64,000 bases of DNA. It comes from Paraspadella gotoi. Taxonomy: Eukaryota > Animalia > Chaetognatha. The stretch is taken from NCBI GenBank assembly GCA_051294375.1, contig CM119268.1:13589037-13653036 (forward strand), read 5' to 3'. The notes beneath the pieces are model-generated. The model was not told the DNA's origin. It ran no database searches and saw nothing but the letters and a program-made list of their open reading frames with translations. Numbering within the stretch: position 1 is the first letter of the stretch; each line of letters starts with the position of its first letter. The translations under genes were made by a program, and so were the position numbers. Shown piece by piece: positions 13,328 through 45,662 of this stretch.

Positions 13328-13765
13328 CTGATTGGATCGACGCTTTTCGATCCGGATGACCAATCGCGTCGGACCTTTGCTCGTCAAACCTTTGACGACG
13401 CCATTGGATTGGTTGAAAAGGTGTCAACGTTGGAAAGACGATTTTTGACGTCTTCTGCGACAATCGCTGGATTTGATTGGATGAAAAAGGTATCGGATTT
13501 TAGCCAATCAGCGACGATCGCGGGCGATCCACTCTCGGATTTTACGAACAACGGATCGAACTTAAACGAAGGAGATACTAGGGAATCGTGGGGCGTAGAG
13601 CAGTCGTATATTGTCTGATTTATTAGAGTCAGTTACATCACTACGGTGACGCCACCACGGCCCAAGCGGCGCCACTCGCCACCGTGCGTGGCATAATGCG
13701 GCCGGCGTAGGGAAGAGAGATAAATGGATTCTTCGTGAAATATTAAGCGACACCAAAGATGGCGG
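13328..13765. promoter_or_regulatory. Promoter-like region: CCAAT-box cluster plus YY1-like motif
   Basis: CCAAT/ATTGG at about 13331, 13360, 13403, 13408, 13476 and 13504; AAGATGGCGG at 13756-13765. It is adjacent to an ATG-less minus-strand exon-like segment ending in donor gtaaga at ~13035. Confidence 0.45.
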
Positions 13766-14367
13766 GATGAACTCCTCTCTCTATCTCCCTTCTCTATCCC
13801 TTTTTTTCCAAACACGAAAGTTAAAAATCTAGAGAAGTATCTGAATCTCCATTTCCCTGACCAAGCATTTAAATGAGCGCATAATTTTAAACGATAGCTG
13901 TTTTCAACAAATACAATAAATAACTTTACAGAAAATACACCATTGTATCTTTAACCATACGTGAAAACAGAGTTAAAATTTAAACGTCATTCCAAGTTTA
14001 GTAAAATAAAAGAGATTAAATTAAAAATATGACAGAAAAATCGCAGAGAGACATAGAGAGACATTGCCTTCACCAGAAAGTAACGAGTGAGCGTAAAAGC
14101 TTGAGTAACGACGAAACTATAAAACATAGTAATAAGTTAATTAAGCGAATTTCAAAAGGAGAATAGAAAAGGAGACAAATTCATAACTTTAAAACCACAA
14201 CGTAACATACTTTCACGTTTATGATTGCATATTACAACAGTTCTGTGCTTCAAAGTTAGGACTAGTAAAAGCATCAGTTATCCACTGCAACATAACAAGA
14301 CGAAACGCCAATGGGAAAACTTGACCGAACTTGACGAGAATTGGTTGTGTGAGAGAAAGACACATTT

Positions 14368-19884
<5,517 letters not shown>

Positions 19885-20869
19885 CGATGTCACCCGAAAC
19901 GATTATTTTCTGAGTCTAACTAACTCCCTTATTGTGTCACTTAGTTACAAAAATTTACCGGTTTTGCCTCCCATGACGGCGAATTCCCGGAAAAGATGCG
20001 AGGTCAAAAATCTGATGGAATTTCTAAGAAATCTCGTCGGAGTTTGAAGCGAAAATGAACAATCGTAGTCGTGGTCCTCATCGGACCGATCGCCGCCTTC
20101 CGAGTATGAATATAATATTGTTTGTTTGTTTTCGTGAGAAGACGAGGCGTGAACTTTATGCGTTTGATTTCACGCTGGATGACGGAACAAAGACTCGCGT
20201 AAGAGTCACGATTCAACAATCATCGAAAAAAGGCGTGAAAAAATTAGTTGGACGGGCGACTGAAAAGGACGATTCGTCGCGATTCGTCGCGATTTTGTCG
20301 TCGGAATTTTTCCGGTTTCGTCGTCGTCGTCGTAGTCCAACTCTGGTCCAATGACAGCCTTCAATTATCTTTTTACCATCGGAACATGAACTTTTTTTTT
20401 TCCTCTCTCGCCGTTTTTCTCTCTCTCTTTAAGCCTTTCGTGTTGCTGTTTTCTATGTTTTTGTTAGATTTCGGCTCCTGCCGCGGCGGCGACGGAGGCG
20501 GCGGCGGCTGCTGCCCTAAAAACAGAACGGCGCTGCTGCGGCCGCGTCGGGGAGCAGAGAGGATGATATGATAAACATGGACTCGATGCTGCAGCAGCTC
20601 GCGTTCTCCATCTTTCATGACTTGATGCATGAGAATAAAAAAGATGGCGGATTAAATTTAAAAATTACAAAAATTTAACAAAGAATAAAAAATAAAAATG
20701 ATGAGAAAATAAATTGAGACATTCTTCGAAAAGATAAAGAAAGGAAAAAAGAAAGAAAGAAAGAAAGAAAGAAAAAAAGCTCAAAGAAAAGAAAGGAAAG
20801 AAAAGAAAGATCGTAAAGGAAGAAAAGAAAGAAAGAAGAGAGAAAGAATAAATTAAAGAAAAAAGAAAA

Positions 20870-21075
20870 TAAAATTTGGGAGTTCAATCAATAAAGAAAG
20901 AAAGAAAGAAAGAAGAAAGAAAGAAAGAAAAAAGAAAGAAAGAAAGAAAGAAATAAAGAAAGAAATGTGGGAGTGAAATCAATAAAGAAAGAAAAAAAGA
21001 AAGAAAGAAAGAAAGAAAGAAAGAAAAAGAAAGACAAAGAAAGAAAAGAAAGAAAATGTGGGAGTGCAATCAATA

Positions 21076-21111
<36 letters not shown>

Positions 21112-21503
21112 AATGAAAGAAAGAAAGAAAGAAATAAAGAAAGAAAATAAAATGTGGGAGTGCAATCAATAAAGAAAGAAAAAAAAATAAATAAAGAAAG
21201 AAAAGAAAGAAAGAAAAAGAAAGAAAGAAAGAAAAAGGAAAAGAAAATATGGAGAATGCAATCAATAAAGAAAGAAAAAAAAAAGAAAGCAAAGGAAAGA
21301 GAGAAAGAAAGAAAGAAAGAAAAGAAAATGTGGGAGTCAATCAATAAAGAAAGAAAGAAAAAGAAAGAAAGAAAGAAAAGAAAATGTGGGAGTGCAATCA
21401 ATAAAGAAAGAAAAAAAAAAAGAAACGAAAGAAAGAAAGAAAGAAAGAAAAAAGAAAGAAAAGAAAGAAAGAAAGAAAAGAAGAGATGTGGGAGTGCCAA
21501 TCC
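20870..21503. repeat. Compound satellite: AATGTGGGAGTGCAATCAAT motif separated by variable (AAAG)n spacers, 8 copies
   Basis: Motif variants at about 20876, 20964, 21055, 21150, 21248, 21327, 21384 and 21486. Confidence 0.9.
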
Positions 21504-22045
21504 GTGAAAAATAAACTAGTTCTAACTGGTCGCCAGGTTTATCGAACGATCGATCTTTGTTCGCTATATTTCGATCTAGTTTTTTAGTGGTTGAATCGTC
21601 TTCGTTATTTTAAAGAGCTTCTTCGAATAACTTCAAAACCGCTGAAATTTGTCTGCGACGAAAAAAAAGGATAGACATGATTCAAGTTTTAAACGCAGAG
21701 AGTAATTTATTATAAAGAAAGCACAAATACGAGTAAGTAATTAGGTGAAAAAATTGAGATAAGAATTGAATCCCGTCATCGAAAATATGATCACAATTCT
21801 TTTAAAGGTAAACAATGTAGTTATATTATTATTATTGAGAACGGTTAGAAAAATTGCCAATGGTTTGAGAGATTTAGTTTTCGTAAAAAGGCATCGTCAA
21901 CCAGTCCGCCTCGTGGTCGCCGGATGAGGTGTGGGCGCTCCCACGATGGCCAACTTTTTTCGTCTGAAAATTTATAAACACAAAACAAATTAAAAGGTCG
22001 TCGTTTTTTGAATAACCGAGTTACTAAATAACATCTAACTAAATT
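20930..22045. repeat. Left copy of ~1.1-kb direct duplication (right copy 27111-28090)
   Basis: Unique sequence 21485-22045 matches 27547-28090 almost base for base, differing mostly by small indels. Confidence 0.92.
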
Positions 22046-25000
22046 GACGAAGGATTATCCAGTCTTCTCTACTTTTTCCCCGTTGCTCTTTTGCCTCTTA
22101 TATTTTACTGACTATCGAAAAATGCTTCCATTCTAGCGATCGACACGACATCTTTAGGCTCTTTCTTTTGTTATACCTTAGTACAGAATTCCGAAGGCAG
22201 TGTACAGCTGATTCGCATTTGGTGCCCGTGATTTCGATAATCGATTAAAGATTCTTATCGAATTCTGGCCACCACCCATGGCATCTTCAGATCTCCACGT
22301 TTGTCACTGGGTTTTTTAGTTCTTTTTCAGAGCATAGAAACTCTTTATTCAGATATCTCGGAATCTTTATTTTTTGTGTTGATCGCTGGTTGGTGGACTT
22401 TTCTTATGAGCAGAAGCATCTCTAATTTTTGTATTATTTGGCTTCAGAAACAAGTAAGCAAAGACACTTTAATAATTTATATATATTTGCTGAGTTGTAC
22501 TTAAATGTTTTGTTATTCTTATGCCCAGGACTTCTAACTACTCTTCCTTCTACAACTCTACCTACTACTCTCTCTCTCTCCAACTCTCTCTACAACTTCT
22601 CTACTCAGCAATCAGACTTTAACTCTACAGACATTTGTCAATCTGGCTCGTAGATCGTCGTTCTTTCGGCCTTAGCCGACGTCATCTACCGAGACTTTGT
22701 CGTCATCATCTCCAGGGCGTATGACCGGCGGCCATCGTCTCTTCTGCGCCATTTATCCGATTTCATCTTGTCTTGAAATGCGCAGGATAAGCCCAAGTTT
22801 AGTTAGATTCAAAGACGCCACCCATTCTCCGCAACTTAGTTCAACACATTAAGAAGTCTTCGTTTTGCGGAACACCCTGCCTCAAAGTGCTTTTCGTCGA
22901 AGGCTCTTCTAAAACCTCAACGGTATCTCGGGATTCGTTGGGAAGAAGTCTACCTGGCGTCGGTCTCTAGGTGCCGAATGAATCAAACGTATCCATCATC
23001 GAAGGCCACTTGCAACGCCCTTTCGAACGGACGTAAGGATCCGTGGCGCCTTTCCTGGGACTGCTTTCATTGCGCATTAGGGAATCCCCGGACTTGGCGA
23101 CGACGCCGTCATTCGTTCTTTTAGATACTTTGCCGGCAACACGTTTCATCGCCCCTTCTCGAAAACTTGCGGTGAGAAATTGAAGTTCGGGATTCTGATT
23201 CATTTATTTCTTCAATCTTCGCGTCTTCGGGCCGGCAACCGACTTCGTGAAGCTTTCCTGCGACTTCACTCGCCGCCTTTATTTGCCATCAGCCGGCGCT
23301 CGAATAGGAATCGCGAGAAATAAGCGCGCCAGCAATTAAAACTGCGGCGAGAAGCTCGAGTGCCGAAAGCCTTCAAGCGAACTTCCCCTTTCGGCCCGTC
23401 TTTTTTGCTTGACATCGCCGTTTCGTTTTAAGACGAGATTCTCGCTCTAGTGCCGGCGAAAAGAGAGGATATCGACTGCTTCAAGACGACCGGCTGAAAC
23501 CCTCTCCCAAAACTAAGCCATCACGAGATATCAACCAACCTTTCTTCACGGCGAAATACTCTATCCCCGACGGTCAGACCCTTCAGGAATGCAACGTCTT
23601 CCTTACGCAACCTTTCAACGTCGACGAGTTGGTGGAGGCTCAAGCGATTCGTACGATCGCCGCCAAAGCCGCCCCGACGGAAGAAAACCATCGCGAAGCC
23701 AACCACGGATAGATTCCGCATTGAGGCAATTTGTGAAGTCATCCGTTCCACGATAAAAAGAGGAGATGGCAATGACGAGGCGTTGGAGTTTTTGCTCGCG
23801 AGCTCCTCGATCGCCTCAGCAACATCCTTGGACATTGCGCACAGCTCGATTCGCGGGGCTAATTTCTATGTTCGACACGTGTTTTCACGTTGAAAAGCAT
23901 TCTCGTCGACAGGACGCTCCGTATCCCACGCAGCACGGATGACGACGCACGCAGAGGAATCGGGAATTAACGCCAAACCGTCCCTTTCAGCTCAACCATC
24001 CCGACGACGACTACGCTGCGTCCAACCCGATCCATTATCGTCCCCTCCACCGCACTCTAGAAGAAGATGTCGAATCTTTCAAGTCCGTCATTTTCCGTTT
24101 GACGCCGTTTCGGCGTTGACGGATAATCAGCGCACTGAAGAGAAATAACAACATCTCACCAAACAATCGACGACTAAGATGTGGCATGCGGTCGGCCCAG
24201 GAGGTGCCGGATGGGTCTGCTGCGGTCTCGGCGTCGCAGTAGGGACCAGTCGAGGTAATGCCCCAGGGCCAAACGTCTCGTCTAATCATATCTGGATCGA
24301 CAAGAGCACAAAGTCTTCAATCGACATACCAAATAAAACTAAATAACGATCTCGCGTCAAACGAGATTTCAAACAGTGGTTCGATGATCGATGAAGCGTC
24401 TCTCGTCGGCGTCGAGATGGCAGTGCGCAGACAGGGTTTTTTCAACAACTTCGACCTTTTCTTCGGAGAGTCGGATAGATTGAGCAGAGTTGCGTGAATC
24501 GAAACGGAGAACGGACCATACGTATCGCCGCTTACCGCCAACTGTAAACGCTCAGTTAGGACGAGAATGGAAAGAATTGAGAGAAGAAGGATTTGCAGAG
24601 GCCGGTAATACGACTCTTGCGCGAAGTCGAGAGCTGACCTGTACAACGTCATGCGCCTTCAAACATCGCGTCACGGCCAGAGTGGGTCGAGGCTCAGTCT
24701 CTCTTCTCTCCGTCTTGAGGCCCTCTCTCCAACAGCTCTGTCAACCGTCTTCAAACCCACTTCCGTCGAATTGCATTTGGACGATCACTGCCCATTGAAT
24801 CGGCCACACGTACTCTACAAAGTCGGCCGTCAACTCGTCGACGATTCGTGATTCAAAATCCGCCCAGAACCGGGACTATGGAGCGAGGAGGCGGCGGGCG
24901 TTGGAACCGGATAACCGATTGGCGTTTCCGTCCTGCCGCTGATCCGCCAAGGTCCGGCAGTTCGTCACTTTGAGTTCTTGCGGCGGATTCGACGATACGA

Positions 25001-25299
25001 GTCCGGACCTTTTCAATGAAGGATTTGCAGTCGTAGGCGTCGAGAACGAGGGGAGTGAATCCTCCCCCCAGTTCCACGCCTTCTTTGCCTGCCGCGCTCC
25101 TAGCCGCTGCGGCAGTTGGACCGCCGAAGCGCCGGCTACAATTCAACAGAACGTCTCGCCGAATTTTCGGACTTCAAACGTCTCTGTCGCCTCAAGGCAT
25201 CAAACGGCGTCATTCTCTGAGCGGCGCCGTTTCGAGGCAGCTTCGTCCGCTCCGCTGGATGGCGACGGCTTCTTGCGAAATACAAGCTCAAACGCTCGC

Positions 25300-26277
25300 C
25301 TACCAAATGCTTCAGCAGCAGCCCGCCCAAAGATCAAGGTCGACGGAGACTTCGTTGCGTTTAGACTTTGAGCGCCAACTTCGCGATTTTTAACGTCAGC
25401 GTCTGCGCGTTGGAGGGCGCTACGGATCCAATGAAGTTGAAGGAGTTCCTCACTGGTTCGACGGTCTTAACCCAAGCGTTCATCGAACGATTCTATCTCG
25501 ATACGACGCTACCGCGGCTCTTAGCGACGCCCTATGCGTTCTCAAGAGAAAGTGGGGAATGAAGCGGACGACGGCGACGAAAATGATTGAACAGATCCTC
25601 ACCGGCCAGAAGCTCGATCGAAAGACTCAGCAGGTCATCATGGTCTTTTGATCACTTTTGCAGCAGTGTACGACCTCGCGAAGGAGAACGGACCGACTTG
25701 CAGACCTCGACCGTGCGGCCGTGATGGCGGATCTGCTCGCAAAACGGATGCCTCACCTTCAGATAAGTGGGCGAAAAAAGTGTTATTTTTTTTAGACAGA
25801 ATCATGAATGGAATTACGATCCTTCTTTCTGTGATTTCTAGTCTTTTCTGCCATAGAACCAAGAGATTCTCGATTTTAGACCACCGGCGAAAAATGGGAA
25901 CCATCCAGCGGCGACGAGCAGAGCGAAGACGGCGGCGAAACGTCAGCGCCGCGTCAGCGGACAATCCATCGAGGAAGAAGAAGGCTTCGGTGGCCGCTCA
26001 GCCGTTCTGCAACAACGGAGCGCCGACTTCAAAATCGGCGTCGTCGCCAGCGCCGGGATCGAGAACTTACTTGCCATGCTCACTTTGCGAGAGACGCCAT
26101 TCTTTGCCACAGCTGCGAAAACAGTTTCAACGTTTTTGTGGCCCGCAGATCGTCGAAAACTTTGCGTCTCTCAAGCCCGCTTCTTCAACTGCTTGGGAAG
26201 CGGTCATCGTGTCGAAAAATGCCGACAAAGGAGCGTTGCTTTTGTGACAAAAATCATCATCCGCTCCTCCATTTGAC
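25300..26277 (+). mobile_element. Bel/Pao LTR-retrotransposon gag (frameshifted)
   Basis: Across frameshifts: CSLCERRHSL.., FNCLGSGHRVEKC and (C)xxCDKNHHPLLH, the triple Zn-knuckle signature of Bel/Pao gag. Upstream similarity to the DUF1759-type region is weaker. It sits in a GC-rich block at about 22650-26500, and no pol motifs were recognised. Confidence 0.75.
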
Positions 26278-27110
26278 GAATTGAGCCCCGTCGAAAGGTG
26301 CGGGATTTTTTCAAGGGTATCTTCATGCTAATTCGACATCGACGAGAACGGGAGAAATTAGTCTGACGCGCCCCGAATTGGTCAGGACCGGCGCTGAGTA
26401 GTTCCAGGCTCGTGACTTTGCTGTTTTAGCCGCGAGCGGGGCGGTTTCGCCAGCGGCGCCGATCGTGGAACGTCTTTCGAGCGACGACGTATCAGCTTTG
26501 TATTTTTTGGATATGGGAGGTATTGCGTTTTTTAAATATATCGTTTTACAAAGTGATTTGAAAATACAGCTTAGTCTCGTTAAATATTTTATTCTCGGCT
26601 CTGAGTCTACATCTCCCTAGGCCAAAGTGATTAAAATTGAAGATTTTTCGGTTGACGACGCGTTCCATCTGGATATGGAGGATGTCCCTCGCCGTCGACG
26701 TTCTTGCGTTTATGGTGATGACGCTTCACCAGCGCGAGAAAAGATTCTCTTTTATTCATTAGGGTGTATTCGGGCGCTGGGGCTGGTGGGGCGATGTGGA
26801 AAGGGTTGATGTGGTGATATGGCTGTGGAGAGCGAGATCGAAATTTTTTTTGCCCGTGGGGGGGTGTTTAAAAAGATTCTTTTCTACAAGATGACGTCTG
26901 ACGATCAATTCGGCTAAAGGGGTCGTCGAGCTCGCGGAAAATTCATTTTTTGGAAAAACAACCCTTTGGAAAAAAAAAAAAAAAAACTTCGTATCGATGT
27001 CGACAAACGAGCAGCTTCAGACCGTGAGTTTCGGCGACATATTTCGAACGCCGATAATTTTCGCGGCGCCATCCAGCGAAGGTGGNNNNNNNNNNNNNNN
27101 NNNNNNNNNN

Positions 27111-27507
27111 AAAGAAAGAAAGAAAGAAAGAAAGAAATAAAGAAAGAAAATGTGGGAGTGAAATCAATAAAGAAAGAAAAAAAGAAAGAAAGAAAGAAAG
27201 AAAGAAAAGAAAGAAAATGTGGGAGTGCAATATAAAAAGAAAGAAAAAAGAAAGAAAAGAAAGAAAAGAAAAGAAAATGAAAAAATGAAAGAAAGAAAGA
27301 AAGAAAGAAAAGAAGCAAAGTAAAGAAAGAAAGAAAGATAAAAAATGTGGGAGTGCAATCAATAAAGAAAGAAAAAAAAATAAATAAAGAAAGAAAAGAA
27401 AGAAAGAAAAGAAGAAAGAAAAGAAGAAAGGAAAAGAAAATATGGGAAGTGCAATCAATAAAGAAAGAAAAATAAAGAAAGAAAGAAAGAGAAAAGAAAG
27501 AAGAAAA

Positions 27508-27540
<33 letters not shown>

Positions 27541-28090
27541 AAAGAAGATGTGGGAGTGCAATCCGTGAAAATAAACTAGTTCTAACTGGTCGCCAGGTTT
27601 TATCGAACGATCGATCTTTGTTCGCTAATTTCGATCTAGTTTTTTAGTGGTTGAATCGTCTTCGTTATTTAAGAGCTTCTTCGAATAACTTTCAAAACCG
27701 CTGAAATTTGTCTGCGACGAAAAAAAAGGATAGACATGATTCAAGTTTAAACGCAGAGAGTAATTTATTATAAAGAAAGCCAAATACGAGTAAGTAATTA
27801 GGTGAAAAAATTGAGATAAGAAATTGAATCCCGTCATCGAAATATGATCACAATTCTTTTAAAGGTAAACAATGAAAATAGTATATTATTATTATTGAGA
27901 ACGGTTAGAAAAATTGCCAATGGTTTAGAGATTTAGTTTTCGTAAAGGTCGTCAACAGTCCGCCTCGTGGTCGCCGGATGAGGTGGGCGCTCCCACGATG
28001 CCAACTTTTTCGTCTGAAAATTTATAAACACAAACAAATTAAAAGGTCGTCGTTTTTTGAATAACCGAGATTATTAAAAACAACTAAATT
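27111..28090. repeat. Right copy of direct duplication, including 5 copies of the satellite motif
   Basis: Begins immediately after the 25-N gap and matches 20930-22045. Confidence 0.92.
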
Positions 28091-28534
28091 TGGTTTACAT
28101 TTGTAAAATAAATAATTCTAAAAACACTTCCAGATAAGGTAACGTTTTGCGACCGGCCAATAATTTCTTAGTGGGCATTGGAATTTTTAAAGAGGTTTAA
28201 AGATTTTCTTACTAATAATAATAATCAGGACCTCCACTATATATTTAATAAAAGATCGCAGAGTACAGGCCATGAAGATTTCGCCCAATTTCGAATAGTT
28301 TTTTTTTTATCTGTAATTTAGTGCCGAATGAATCTGGTTTGAATCTTCAATTCGAAAAATTACGACCTCTGGGGGCGAATAACTCACTCGCTTCGGTCGT
28401 CAAAATAGATTCGCGTTGGATAAAGAATATAATGGACAGAAAACAATCTTAAAAATGATTATTAACTTCTTTTTTTTTTTAATTTCACGGCCGAAAAAAA
28501 ATTTTGAATTACATATATTTGAAACAAATCATAT

Positions 28535-43201
<14,667 letters not shown>

Positions 43202-43704
43202 ACTGAAACCCGAAAAAATATTGTTTTAATAACTTAAGATAATCTAAAAGATTTAGGAAAAAGTGCCCCTCAAACTCTAATTTAAAATTAACGAAGTGTT
43301 TTATAGTATTTTGGTGTAAAAAAAAACCTTATCCGTAGTCAACTTACCAAAACCCAACCGCTTAAATCAACGCTACAAAACTTATTTTCCGTCGTTTTCT
43401 CGTCATCTTCATTTCTTTTAGTTTAATCGCTTTCGTTTTTTACAGCAAGTCTTCTTCAAAGGTAAGTGCAAAGAATTATGAAACTCACCTCGATCGATGG
43501 CGACACAACAACGACGACAACGACGGCTGCAGCAAATCACGGCTCGACTTCGCCGAACCAATCGTGCGCAATGTCGTCGTCGTCGTCGTCGCCCTCGTCG
43601 TCGTTGTCGTTAAACGCACGACGTCGTCTTCCGGAAATGAAAAAGTGGAAAATGGATCCTGGCCTGGATGTCGGCGTCGATGGCGGGGAAAAAATCGATT
43701 TCAG

Positions 43705-43791
<87 letters not shown>

Positions 43792-45148
43792 AAAAAATAG
43801 TAAATAATAATAGAATAAAATTCTCTCCACCCACTTTGGCCGAAAGTTTGCGTGTCATTAAAAACGATGGAAATTATTGGAAAAACTTTTCGTTTAGCGA
43901 AAATTGCGGAGCAACGGGAAAAAAATAGACGTCAATTTGGGGTGAAGCTAGAAAAGGAGAAACGTAGAGGATATGAGGTTATAGAGGAGGTAGTATAAGG
44001 GAGGAAAGGAGAATGGAACGAGAAAAAAGGAAGCATTGAAAAGGAGATTGATCCAGAGGGGCAAGAGTGCATTACGGTAGGGCCAATCATTGTCAATGGG
44101 GTGGGTCAGAAGTTTTATTTGGGAACCTTCCCAAATGAAACTTCATACATTTATGAGAAAACATTCAATGGAAAAAAAATTTTCTAGTAATTAATTTTTT
44201 AATATTTATTTAGAGATAAGAAATATTTAATTTTGTATTTTTAAAAGCAGATTCAGATAGCTATGAAAAGTTGTCTACATAAAGTATAATTCTTTTTTCA
44301 ATATTTAGATGACAAGTGTGTCAAAATTGGGTAAAACCTTAAAAAATCATCATCATCATGCAATGATTTTAGCAGTTTTTACTAATTTTCAGTAATAAAA
44401 CATCAAAATTTGAAAAAGTTGTAATTACATTTTTTGCTTAACTTTTTGGGCTCTATCAGAATCAATTAAAAAAACTTAAATATCCAAAAAAAATATTTGA
44501 CATTATATAGCAATATAATAATTTTAATTAGCGAATTACTCATGATTCGGAACATTTTTACAAAACAATATTTTAACACAATAACTCATACCAATAATGG
44601 ATTTGTTTCATGCTTTTCCTATTTAAATTTGAATTTAGTCGGCTACCGCTAATTTTGTTATTTTGTTATTTAATTATTGGTCTTCCCCTAAATATACATT
44701 ATTTTCTTTTCGAACAAAAAACGGTAAAATAAATAAATTAAATTTAATAATTGTAAGAGTACCGATCATCAAAGAAACATTAATTTGTTTTGTATTTAGT
44801 AAATAAGCTAATTGTACTTACATAAAGTAAAAAATGGAAGGCGCCTGATGATATGTAAATATACATAATATTTCTTTTAGCCAATCATTTCAAATTTTTT
44901 TTTAAAAAAATAAATAAGACGAAAAGAGAAGAAACAGTTCACGACATTTAAGCGTCACGTTTTAAAAGAAGTTTTCATACAAAAACAAACGTAAAAGTGT
45001 AATTGTTTTCGTTTTGCGCTATTTCCTTTCATTAACCTTTAAGCGACATTCATCAAATTGATCTTCTAATCTCATTTGGGACAAAAACAGACGACAAATC
45101 GAACAAAAAGAAAGAATAACAACGAAAAATTCAAAAAAAAAGATAAAC

Positions 45149-45598
45149 TCAAGACTTGGACGCGTTGTCTTCGAGCCATTTCTTCACCGAATCGAAATTA
45201 TTCTTCATCCAATCGATGTTCGACTTGGTCTTCTCGACGGCCTGGTCGAAGGCCCGCGCAGCCGAACCTCGATCCTCATTCTTCGCCATGAACTCGTTGA
45301 GTTCCGCCAGGCGGGCCTCCGTGCTGAACCCGCTCGTCACGGTGTGAATCAGGTTAGAAAATGAGAAGGAGCCACCGCCGAATCGCTCCAATAACACGCT
45401 CCATTTATCTCTGGGGAAATTTGTAAAATGTAAAATGTAACGCGCGTAGATGATCGTGGTGCGAATATGGCGCGGGCAAACCTTATGAAGTCCCAGGCCA
45501 AATACGCGCCGATGTCGTTCATGGAGACGTACTGGATGACCGAGGTCGTGTCTTGATTACGAATAGCTTTTCCCGCGATCGCTTCCTCCAGGAGTCTG

Positions 45599-45662
<64 letters not shown>

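Noticed and set aside
20870-21503. CRISPR array
   Set aside because: Spacers are low-complexity (AAAG)n of variable length, repeats are degenerate, the context is eukaryotic and there are no cas genes.
20930-28090. Direct repeats as LTRs of the Bel/Pao element
   Set aside because: No TG..CA termini, PBS, PPT or TSD were recognised. The repeat begins in a satellite and abuts an N-gap, so false or segmental duplication is more likely.
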